A stretch of DNA of 32,000 bases, taken from assembly GCF_003010495.1 (NCBI RefSeq), contig NZ_CP027570.1:1770001-1802000 (forward strand), written 5' to 3'. The notes beneath the pieces are model-generated. The model searched no databases. It was not told the origin of the DNA and was given only the letters and a program-made list of their open reading frames with translations. The position numbers were made by a program, and so were the translations under genes. This document shows positions 7,588 to 14,776 of the stretch, piece by piece (positions within the stretch are counted from its first letter, which is position 1; each line of letters opens with the position of its first letter). The DNA comes from Megasphaera elsdenii DSM 20460. Its GTDB lineage: Bacteria; Bacillota; Negativicutes; Veillonellales; Megasphaeraceae.

Positions 7588-8400
7588 ATGGAAATATTGG
7601 TATGTGTCAAACAGGTTCCGGACACTGCAGAAGTTAAGATTGACCCCGTAAAACATACGGTCATCCGCGCTGGTGTTCCTAACATTTTTAACCCCTTCGA
7701 CCAGAACGCTTTGGAAGCAGCTCTCGCATTGAAAGATGCTGACAAAGACGTAAAAATCACACTTCTCTCGATGGGTCCTGATCAGGCAAAAGACGTTCTT
7801 CGTGAAGGCCTCGCAATGGGCGCTGACGATGCTTATCTTCTGTCCGACCGCAAACTCGGTGGTTCCGATACGTTAGCTACGGGCTATGCTTTGGCACAGG
7901 CTATCAAAAAATTGGCTGCTGACAAAGGTATCGAACAGTTCGATATCATCCTCTGCGGCAAACAGGCTATTGACGGCGATACCGCACAGGTTGGCCCGCA
8001 GATCGCTTGCGAACTCGGTATTCCTCAGATTACGTATGCCCGCGACATCAAAGTCGAAGGCGACAAAGTTACTGTTCAGCAGGAAAACGAAGAAGGCTAC
8101 ATCGTAACGGAAGCTCAGTTCCCTGTTTTGATCACGGCTGTTAAAGACTTGAACGAACCGCGTTTCCCGACCATTCGTGGCACGATGAAAGCAAAACGCC
8201 GCGAAATCCCGAACTTGGACGCTGCTGCTGTTGCAGCTGACGACGCTCAGATCGGTTTGTCTGGCTCTCCGACTAAAGTCCGTAAGATTTTCACACCGCC
8301 TCAGAGATCCGGTGGTCTCGTTCTCAAAGTTGAAGATGACAACGAACAGGCAATCGTCGACCAGGTCATGGAAAAACTGGTTGCCCAGAAAATCATTTAA
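7588..8400 (+). CDS. etfB: Electron transfer flavoprotein beta subunit
   Basis: 270 aa with the typical EtfB N-terminus MEILVCVKQVPDT. The RBS is AGGAGG, and the gene sits between bcd and etfA. Confidence 0.96.
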   Translation: MEILVCVKQVPDTAEVKIDPVKHTVIRAGVPNIFNPFDQNALEAALALKDADKDVKITLLSMGPDQAKDVLREGLAMGADDAYLLSDRKLGGSDTLATGYALAQAIKKLAADKGIEQFDIILCGKQAIDGDTAQVGPQIACELGIPQITYARDIKVEGDKVTVQQENEEGYIVTEAQFPVLITAVKDLNEPRFPTIRGTMKAKRREIPNLDAAAVAADDAQIGLSGSPTKVRKIFTPPQRSGGLVLKVEDDNEQAIVDQVMEKLVAQKII

Positions 8401-8420
8401 TCTAAGGAGGAACAGTGAAA

Positions 8421-9437
8421 ATGGATTTAGCAGAATATAAAGGCATTTATGTAATTGCTGAACAGTTCGAAGGCAAATTACGTGATGTATCTTTCGAATT
8501 GTTGGGCCAGGCTCGCATCTTGGCTGACACCATCGGCGACGAAGTCGGTGCAATCCTCATTGGTAAAGACGTAAAACCGTTGGCTCAGGAACTTATCGCT
8601 CACGGTGCTCATAAAGTATACGTTTATGATGATCCTCAGCTCGAACATTACAATACGACGGCTTATGCAAAAGTTATTTGCGATTTCTTCCATGAAGAAA
8701 AACCGAACGTATTCCTCGTTGGCGCTACCAACATCGGCCGTGACCTCGGCCCGCGTGTCGCTAACTCCTTGAAGACTGGCCTCACCGCTGACTGCACGCA
8801 GCTCGGCGTTGACGACGACAAAAAGACCATCGTATGGACCCGTCCGGCTCTCGGCGGCAACATCATGGCTGAAATCATCTGCCCGGACAACCGTCCGCAG
8901 ATGGGTACTGTCCGTCCGCATGTCTTCAAAAAACCGGAAGCAGATCCTTCTGCAACTGGCGAAGTTATCGAAAAGAAAGCTAACCTCTCCGATGCTGACT
9001 TCATGACCAAATTCGTCGAACTCATCAAATTGGGCGGCGAAGGCGTTAAAATCGAAGACGCTGACGTTATCGTTGCTGGCGGCCGTGGCATGAACAGTGA
9101 AGAACCGTTCAAGACCGGTATCCTCAAAGAATGTGCAGACGTCCTCGGCGGCGCTGTTGGTGCATCCCGTGCAGCTGTTGACGCTGGCTGGATCGATGCT
9201 CTCCATCAGGTTGGCCAGACTGGTAAAACAGTTGGTCCGAAGATCTACATTGCATGCGCTATTTCCGGTGCTATCCAGCACTTGGCAGGCATGACTGGTT
9301 CTGACTGCATCATTGCTATCAACAAAGACGAAGATGCTCCGATCTTCAAAGTCTGCGACTATGGTATCGTAGGCGATGTCTTCAAAGTTCTCCCGCTCCT
9401 CACGGAAGCCATCAAGAAACAGAAAGGCATTGCATAA
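8421..9437 (+). CDS. etfA: Electron transfer flavoprotein alpha subunit
   Basis: The EtfA C-terminal FAD-binding region is present ([17 protein letters not shown]). ATG 8421 lies 10 nt after AAGGAGG (8404-8410). The GTG 8415 given by the ORF track is only 4 nt from the RBS and is less likely. Confidence 0.93.
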   Translation: MDLAEYKGIYVIAEQFEGKLRDVSFELLGQARILADTIGDEVGAILIGKDVKPLAQELIAHGAHKVYVYDDPQLEHYNTTAYAKVICDFFHEEKPNVFLVGATNIGRDLGPRVANSLKTGLTADCTQLGVDDDKKTIVWTRPALGGNIMAEIICPDNRPQMGTVRPHVFKKPEADPSATGEVIEKKANLSDADFMTKFVELIKLGGEGVKIEDADVIVAGGRGMNSEEPFKTGILKECADVLGGAVGASRAAVDAGWIDALHQVGQTGKTVGPKIYIACAISGAIQHLAGMTGSDCIIAINKDEDAPIFKVCDYGIVGDVFKVLPLLTEAIKKQKGIA

Positions 9438-9457
9438 GTTATCTAACCGTGCATAAT

Positions 9458-9489
9458 AAAAAGGCTACTGCATTTGCAGTAGCCTTTTT
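9458..9489 (+). terminator. Intrinsic terminator of bcd-etfBA
   Basis: AAAAAGGCTACTGCA pairs with TGCAGTAGCCTTTTT around a 2-nt centre (probably a 4-nt loop), and the stem ends in a T-run. Confidence 0.85.
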
Positions 9490-9558
9490 GTGGTTCGTTT
9501 GGCGTTTGCCGTTTGGCGAATATTCTTCGAACCACGGCAAACGACCCACGACAAACGA
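9490..9558. repeat. Copy A (short form) of the heptad-arm palindromic intergenic element
   Basis: The left arm is GTGGTTC GTTTGGC GTTTGCC GTTTGGC, the spacer is GAATATTCTTC, and the right arm is GAACCAC GGCAAAC GACCCAC GACAAAC. The arms are inverted repeats made of 7-nt units. The element starts immediately after the terminator T-run. Confidence 0.75.
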
Positions 9559-9608
9559 TTGCCAGACGAATATTTGTATGATATCCGAAACCTTTGCACA
9601 CCACACCC

Positions 9609-9637
9609 TTGACAAGCCTCATCTCGTGCCGTATAAT
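9609..9637 (+). promoter_or_regulatory. Promoter of the thrS T-box leader
   Basis: The -35 is consensus TTGACA (9609-9614), a 17-nt spacer follows, and the -10 is consensus TATAAT (9632-9637). Confidence 0.75.
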
Positions 9638-9649
9638 TTACGCATACAT

Positions 9650-9896
9650 AGAGATATGTAAGAAGCTTTGAAAAGGATATGACTCGATAGTCCCTTTATT
9701 CCAGAGAGAGGCACAGTGGTGTGAGTGCCTTATGAAGCCTAGCGAGTTACCGCCTTGGAGCTGAATCTCCGAACTGAGTAGGGGATTCCGGCCGCCCCGT
9801 TATCGCGCTTGAGTACATCGGAATTTTTTTCTGGTGAACTAGGGTGGAACCACGTGAGTTAAGCTCTCGTCCCTTGAGGACGAGAGCTTTTTTTTA
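9650..9896 (+). promoter_or_regulatory. T-box riboswitch leader, threonine-specific
   Basis: An AGAGA box lies near 9713. The candidate specifier ACC (9749-9751) is followed by G. An F-box-like CCGTTA lies near 9797. The T-box core is AGGGTGGAACCACG (9841-9854). An 11-bp terminator stem pairs AAGCTCTCGTC (9861-9871) with GACGAGAGCTT (9879-9889), followed by a T-run. Confidence 0.85.
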
Positions 9897-9914
9897 TTAA
9901 GGAGGATGTTTGTA

Positions 9915-11822
9915 ATGGCAGAATTAGTATTAAAAGACGGAAGCAAAAAACAGTTTCCCGATGGCATCTCTCTTGCCGAAGCTGTCAAACAGCTCAGCAA
10001 TAGTCTTGCAAAGAAAGTATTAGTAGCAAAAGTCAATGGTGAAGTCACGGACCTCCGTGAAACTATCGTCGACGGTTCGACCGTTGAATTTCTCACCTTC
10101 GCCGACCAGGAAGGGAAAGATACCCTCCGCCATACAGCATCTCATGTCATGGCTCAGGCTATCCAGCACCTCTTCCCGGGTGTTAAATTTGCTATTGGCC
10201 CGTCCATTGAAAACGGTTTCTACTACGACCTCGATACAGAACACCGTTTCACACAGGAAGACTTCGCCGCTATCGAAGCTGAAATGGCCAAGATCGTCAA
10301 AGAAAACCTCCCTATCACTAAAGAAGTCTTGTCCCGCGCCGATGCTTTGAAGCTCTTCAAAGACGCCGGTCAGGATTATAAAGTAGAACTCATTGAAGAC
10401 CTTCCGGAAGATGCTGTCATCTCCCTCTACCGCCAGGGCGACTTCGTCGACCTCTGTGCCGGTCCGCACTGTGCTTCGACCGGTGCTGTCAAGGCCTTTA
10501 AGCTGCGCACTGTTGCCGGTGCTTACTGGCGCGGCGATGAACACAACAAGATGCTTCAGCGTATTTATGGGACCGCTTTTGAAAAGAAATCCGAACTCGA
10601 CGAATACCTGCACATGATGGAAGAAGCAGAAAAGCGCGACCACCGTAAACTGGGCAAACAGCTCGGCCTCTTCATGCTCAGCGATTACGGCCCGGGCTTC
10701 CCGTTCTTCCTGCCCAAGGGCATGATTGTCCGCAACCTGCTCATCGACTACTGGCGTGAAGTCCATCGCCGCTATGGCTATCAGGAAGTCATGACGCCGA
10801 TGATCATGAACCGTCAGCTCTGGGAAACTTCCGGCCACTGGGATCATTATAAAGAAAACATGTACTTCACCAAAATCGACGGCGAAGACTACGCTATCAA
10901 ACCGATGAACTGCCCGGGCGGCATGCTCGTCTACGCCAACGAACCACACTCCTATAAGGAACTGCCGCTCCGCGTCGGCGAATTGGGCCTCGTTCACCGT
11001 CATGAACTTTCCGGCGCCCTGCACGGCCTCTTCCGCGTCCGCTGCTTCACCCAGGACGATGCGCACATCTTCATGATGCCGAACCAGATTGAAGACGTCA
11101 TCCAGGAAACAATCCGCCTCTTCGACGAAGTCTATGCTACCTTCGGCCTCACGTATCACGCTGAACTCTCGACCCGTCCGGACAACTCCATGGGTGACGA
11201 CGCTACCTGGGAAATGACGACCAACGCCCTGCGCAAAGCCATGGACGACTTCGGCCTCGATTATTCCGTCAACGAAGGCGACGGCGCTTTCTACGGCCCG
11301 AAGATCGACTTCCACCTGAAAGACTCCATCGGCCGTACCTGGCAGTGCGGTACTATCCAGCTCGATATGCTCCTGCCGGAAAAATTCAACCTCACCTATA
11401 CCGGTGAAGACGGTCAGAAACATCGTCCAGTCATGATTCACCGCGTCGTTTACGGTTCGATCGAACGCTTCATCGGTATCCTTACGGAAAACTATGCCGG
11501 CGCTTTCCCGACCTGGCTTGCACCGGTCCAGATTAAGATCCTGCCGATTTCGGAAAAACACCTCGCTTACTGCCAGGATGTTGCCAAGAAACTGGAAGCC
11601 CAGGGCATCCGCGTCGAAGTCGACGAAAGCAGCGAAAAACTCGGCTACAAGATCCGCAAGGCCCAGATGGAAAAAGTTCCGTACATGGCCGTCGTCGGCG
11701 ACAAGGAAATGGAAAACGGCAGCTTCGGCCTGCGTGACCGCAGCAAAGGCGACTTGGGCGACAAACCCATCGACGAAGTCGTAGCCCACATCCTCGAACT
11801 GAACAAAACGAGAAAAGGCTAA
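9915..11822 (+). CDS. thrS: Threonyl-tRNA synthetase
   Basis: The architecture is the ThrRS TGS-editing-class II catalytic-anticodon layout, with FRVRCFTQDDAHIF and GAFYGPKIDF regions. ATG 9915 lies 9 nt after AAGGAGG (9899-9905). The ATG 9906 given by the track abuts the RBS. Confidence 0.95.
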   Translation: MAELVLKDGSKKQFPDGISLAEAVKQLSNSLAKKVLVAKVNGEVTDLRETIVDGSTVEFLTFADQEGKDTLRHTASHVMAQAIQHLFPGVKFAIGPSIENGFYYDLDTEHRFTQEDFAAIEAEMAKIVKENLPITKEVLSRADALKLFKDAGQDYKVELIEDLPEDAVISLYRQGDFVDLCAGPHCASTGAVKAFKLRTVAGAYWRGDEHNKMLQRIYGTAFEKKSELDEYLHMMEEAEKRDHRKLGKQLGLFMLSDYGPGFPFFLPKGMIVRNLLIDYWREVHRRYGYQEVMTPMIMNRQLWETSGHWDHYKENMYFTKIDGEDYAIKPMNCPGGMLVYANEPHSYKELPLRVGELGLVHRHELSGALHGLFRVRCFTQDDAHIFMMPNQIEDVIQETIRLFDEVYATFGLTYHAELSTRPDNSMGDDATWEMTTNALRKAMDDFGLDYSVNEGDGAFYGPKIDFHLKDSIGRTWQCGTIQLDMLLPEKFNLTYTGEDGQKHRPVMIHRVVYGSIERFIGILTENYAGAFPTWLAPVQIKILPISEKHLAYCQDVAKKLEAQGIRVEVDESSEKLGYKIRKAQMEKVPYMAVVGDKEMENGSFGLRDRSKGDLGDKPIDEVVAHILELNKTRKG

Positions 11823-11830
11823 TTAAAATC

Positions 11831-11873
11831 GTTCATCGTGGGTCGTTTCACGACAAACGCCAAACGAACTACG
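11831..11873. repeat. Copy B (minimal form) of the heptad-arm palindromic element
   Basis: The sequence reads GTTCATC GTGGGTC GTTTCAC | GACAAAC GCCAAAC GAACTAC G. It lies between the thrS stop (11820-11822) and the thrS terminator. Confidence 0.65.
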
Positions 11874-11906
11874 AAAAGGGACTGCCGCTTTGCGGCAATC
11901 CCTTTT
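11874..11906 (+). terminator. Intrinsic terminator of thrS
   Basis: GGGACTGCCGC (11878-11888) pairs with GCGGCAATCCC (11892-11902) with one mismatch and a TTT loop. It is flanked by AAAA and TTTT. Confidence 0.8.
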
Positions 11907-11930
11907 CTTATTTTTCAAGGAGGAAATATC

Positions 11931-12794
11931 ATGATTATCAACTGGTATCCCGGTCACATGGCGAAGGCAAAGCGCCTGATCCAAGAAAACCTGAAGATTA
12001 TCGATGTCGTCATCGAGCTCGTCGATGCCCGCATCCCCATGAGCAGCACCAATCCCATGATCAAGTCGCTCATCGGTGACAAGCCGTCCATCGTCGTCCT
12101 GAACAAGGCCGACCTGGCCGATCCGGCTGTCCTCGACGAATGGGTGGCCCATTACAAACAGCAAGGCCGCAAAGTCCTGGCCTTGAACAGCAAAGGCGGC
12201 AAGGGCGTGAAACAGCTCATTTCCCTCGTCCGTTCCCTGGCAGCGCCGAAGCTGGCCCGCTGGAAGGCAAGGGGCCTCAAGAACCGTGCCGTCCGGACCA
12301 TGATCCTGGGCATCCCCAATGTCGGCAAGTCGACGCTCATCAATAAATTGTCCCGTCGCAGTGCGGCCAAGACGGCAGATAAACCGGGCGAAACGAAGGG
12401 CAAGCAGTGGGTCCACATCGGCGACCAGCTCGACCTCCTGGATACGCCGGGCGTCTTGTGGCCGAAACTGGAAAACCAGGTCAGCGCCTACCGCCTGGCT
12501 GCGACGGGCGCCATTTCCGACACGGTCTTCGATATGGAAACGGTCCTCTTGCAGCTCGTCGAACAGCTGTCGGCCCAGTATCCGGATGAACTGAAAGGCC
12601 GCTATAAATTGGACAGCCTCTGTGAAAAGCCCCTGGATACGATCGAAGCTATCGGCCGCAAGCGGGGCTGTATCGTATCGGGCGGCGTCGTCGACCTGGA
12701 AAAGACCTATAAACTCATCCTCAAGGAATTTCGTGAAGGCAAGATCGGTGCCATTTCCCTGGACCGCCTGGGCGATTTCGAAGGGGAGGACTGA
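11931..12794 (+). CDS. rbgA: Ribosome biogenesis GTPase A (YlqF/RbgA)
   Basis: The N-terminus MIINWYPGHMAKAKR is typical of RbgA. It is a circularly permuted GTPase with NKADL and GIPNVGKSTLIN motifs. AAGGAGG (11918-11924) lies 6 nt before ATG 11931. The longer ORF from 11838 runs through the thrS terminator. Confidence 0.92.
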   Translation: MIINWYPGHMAKAKRLIQENLKIIDVVIELVDARIPMSSTNPMIKSLIGDKPSIVVLNKADLADPAVLDEWVAHYKQQGRKVLALNSKGGKGVKQLISLVRSLAAPKLARWKARGLKNRAVRTMILGIPNVGKSTLINKLSRRSAAKTADKPGETKGKQWVHIGDQLDLLDTPGVLWPKLENQVSAYRLAATGAISDTVFDMETVLLQLVEQLSAQYPDELKGRYKLDSLCEKPLDTIEAIGRKRGCIVSGGVVDLEKTYKLILKEFREGKIGAISLDRLGDFEGED

Positions 12795-12796
12795 CC

Positions 12797-13585
12797 ATGG
12801 ATATCGAGAAATTCCGAGTCGCCGACCTTAAAGCTCAGTTAGCCGCTGGCGATGACGTACAGGAACTCCTGGCAGCCATGAAAGAAGATAGCCGCGTGTC
12901 GGTCCGCAAACTGGCCGCTGCCTATATGCGCCAGAAAATCCGGGAAGAAGCTGAGCGGGAACGGGTCCTCCATATGTATGCCCAGGAAACGGCCTATTAT
13001 AACCAAGGCCTGTACCACGTGGCCGGTATCGACGAAGCTGGCCGCGGTCCGGCAGCCGGACCGGTCATGGTGGCCGCCGTCATATTGCCGCCATATTGGG
13101 AATGTCCCGGCCTCAATGACAGTAAAAAAGTCCCGCCAGCCAAGCGGGACCTGCTCTATGATAAGATCATGGCCGAAGCCGTCGCCGTATCCTGCGTGGC
13201 CAAGTCGGAAAAAGAAATCGACGAGCTCGACATTTACCACGCTACCATGCAGGGCATGTACGACGCCGTCAACGGCCTGGCTGTGCCGGCGGAAGCGGTC
13301 CTGGTTGATGCCATGCCCCTCCGGGAACTGACCGTGCCCCACAAGTCCTTAGTCCATGGCGATGCCCTGAGCGCATCTATCGCCGCCGCTTCTATCATCG
13401 CCAAGGTCACCCGTGACCGGCTCATGGTGGAATACGATAAAAAATATCCCCAGTACGGCTTTGCCGTCCACAAGGGATATTTGACGAAAATGCATATGGA
13501 AGCGTTGCGGGAATACGGACCGTGTCCGATTCACCGCCGCTCTTTTGAACCCATCAAGAGCATGGTGAAGGGCCTTTCAGAATAG
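12797..13585 (+). CDS. rnhB: Ribonuclease HII
   Basis: The GIDEAGRGPAAGPV active-site motif is present and the DSKK motif follows. The gene starts 2 nt after rbgA, matching the rbgA-rnhB pairing conserved in Firmicutes. Confidence 0.93.
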   Translation: MDIEKFRVADLKAQLAAGDDVQELLAAMKEDSRVSVRKLAAAYMRQKIREEAERERVLHMYAQETAYYNQGLYHVAGIDEAGRGPAAGPVMVAAVILPPYWECPGLNDSKKVPPAKRDLLYDKIMAEAVAVSCVAKSEKEIDELDIYHATMQGMYDAVNGLAVPAEAVLVDAMPLRELTVPHKSLVHGDALSASIAAASIIAKVTRDRLMVEYDKKYPQYGFAVHKGYLTKMHMEALREYGPCPIHRRSFEPIKSMVKGLSE

Positions 13586-14530
13586 GTCCTTCCGCCAGAG
13601 CATGATGACGGCGACGATGGTGCAGCACATGGCAATGCCTACGACGTAGTAGAAACCGGCTGCTGTGTCCTGGAAGGGGACAGGGACGTTGATGCCCCAC
13701 AAGCTGAAGATGATCGTTGGGACGGCCAGCATGATCGTAATGGATGCCAGGAATTTCATGACCAGGTTCAGGTTGTTGGAAATGATCGAGGCGAAGGTAT
13801 CGGACATATTCATGAGAATATTGGAATACATCTCGACCATTTCGATAGCCTGCTTGTTCTCGATGATGACATCTTCCAGGAGGTCTTCGTCTTCTTCATA
13901 CATCTTGATGAGATGGTGGAGCGACGTATTGCGGCGCAGGCGCATGAGCCGTTCCATGACGATGCCGTTGCTGCGCAGGGCTGACGTGAAGTAGGTCAGT
14001 GATTTCTGTAATTCCAGGAGCAGGAAAAATTCCTTGTTGCGCATGGAATGGCGCAGGATTTCTTCGATGTCGTCGGTCCGGCGGTTGATCTGCATCAAGT
14101 AGCGCAGGAACAGCGTCGCCGAACGATAGAGAATCTGGAATAGGAAACGCGTCTTCTTGAAGGTATAGAACAGGGGATACTTGTTCTCTGTGAAAGCGCG
14201 CATGACTTCTGTTTCTTGAATACAGAGGGTGATGATGAAGTCCGGTGTGATGAAAATGCCCAGCGGCAAGGTGTCATAACTATCCGTTTCCAAGATAATC
14301 GGGATGTTGATGACGACGAAGATGTAATTGTCTTCGATTTCGACGTGCGAACGTTCTTCCGTGTCCAAGGCGGTTTTCAGGACATCAGTGGGGATTTCCG
14401 TGACCATGGATACGAGCTGTAAATCTTCGGAATCCGGATTTACGACGTGGATCCATGAACCTTTTTCAGCCGATGCCAGGGAAATGTTGTCTTCCAGATG
14501 GCCGTTGCTGTGTTTATAAACTTGAATCAT
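13577..14530 (-). CDS. CorA-family (2-TM-GxN) divalent cation transporter
   Basis: 317 aa with a soluble N-terminal domain and two C-terminal TM helices. The GxN signature reads WGINVP (GIN at 13688-13696). The RBS is AAGGGAGAG. Confidence 0.85.
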   Translation of the reverse strand: MIQVYKHSNGHLEDNISLASAEKGSWIHVVNPDSEDLQLVSMVTEIPTDVLKTALDTEERSHVEIEDNYIFVVINIPIILETDSYDTLPLGIFITPDFIITLCIQETEVMRAFTENKYPLFYTFKKTRFLFQILYRSATLFLRYLMQINRRTDDIEEILRHSMRNKEFFLLLELQKSLTYFTSALRSNGIVMERLMRLRRNTSLHHLIKMYEEDEDLLEDVIIENKQAIEMVEMYSNILMNMSDTFASIISNNLNLVMKFLASITIMLAVPTIIFSLWGINVPVPFQDTAAGFYYVVGIAMCCTIVAVIMLWRKDLF

Positions 14531-14579
14531 TACGGTACTCTCCCTTTCTGCAGAATAAGGGCCTTCAAACCCAAATTCT

Positions 14580-14609
14580 AATATAATCCATTAAGACAGG
14601 ACTCGTCAA
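14580..14609 (-). promoter_or_regulatory. Candidate promoter for the corA-like gene
   Basis: On the minus strand the -35 is TTGACG (14609-14604), an 18-nt spacer follows, and the -10 is TATATT (14585-14580). The leader would be only about 40 nt. Confidence 0.35.
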
Positions 14610-14685
14610 GGTTTTCCCCGATATTTTACAGAAACTTTGCCGATCGTCGGCTAGGGAGGCCATAGTAGCGGCAGGCCGGTAATTA

Positions 14686-14694
14686 TGGTATGAT
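14686..14694 (+). promoter_or_regulatory. Candidate extended -10 promoter element upstream of smc
   Basis: The sequence TGgTATGAT lies about 83 nt upstream of the smc ATG. No good -35 is present. Confidence 0.3.
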
Positions 14695-14776
14695 TAACTG
14701 TACGAGTAAATAATCAGGACTGCCGCGCGGCGCCGTACCGTGTCCGTCGAGGCCGTCCACAGAGAGAGTAGACATT

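Noticed and set aside
6432-9281. Antisense ORFs lie opposite bcd (6432-7430), etfB (7873-8553) and etfA (8478-9281).
   Set aside because: The bcd one is codon-aligned with its sense gene, and I assume the same for the other two. The sense genes are unambiguous and highly conserved, so these are shadow ORFs.
9490-9558. The heptad arrays as a CRISPR array or minisatellite.
   Set aside because: The units are only 7 nt long, have no spacers, and are arranged as inverted arms. No cas genes are present. The geometry is not that of a CRISPR array.
9449-9661. A 70-aa ORF lies in the etfA-thrS intergenic region.
   Set aside because: It spans the etfA terminator, the heptad repeat (period 7, which is not codon-compatible) and the thrS promoter. 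It has no RBS.
10020-11789. A 589-aa ORF on the minus strand spans almost all of thrS.
   Set aside because: Its codon triplets are exactly aligned with the thrS sense codons (both begin at positions divisible by 3). It therefore stays open wherever thrS avoids TTA, CTA and TCA, which this genome's codon bias does. The product is low-complexity (rich in F, V, D, E, A and G) with no recognisable motif. It is a shadow ORF.
14531-14776. A possible M-box riboswitch or small RNA in the 246-bp corA-smc divergent region.
   Set aside because: The predicted corA leader of about 40 nt is far too short for an M-box. I could find no conserved riboswitch motifs or strong hairpins, only weak promoter-like elements.
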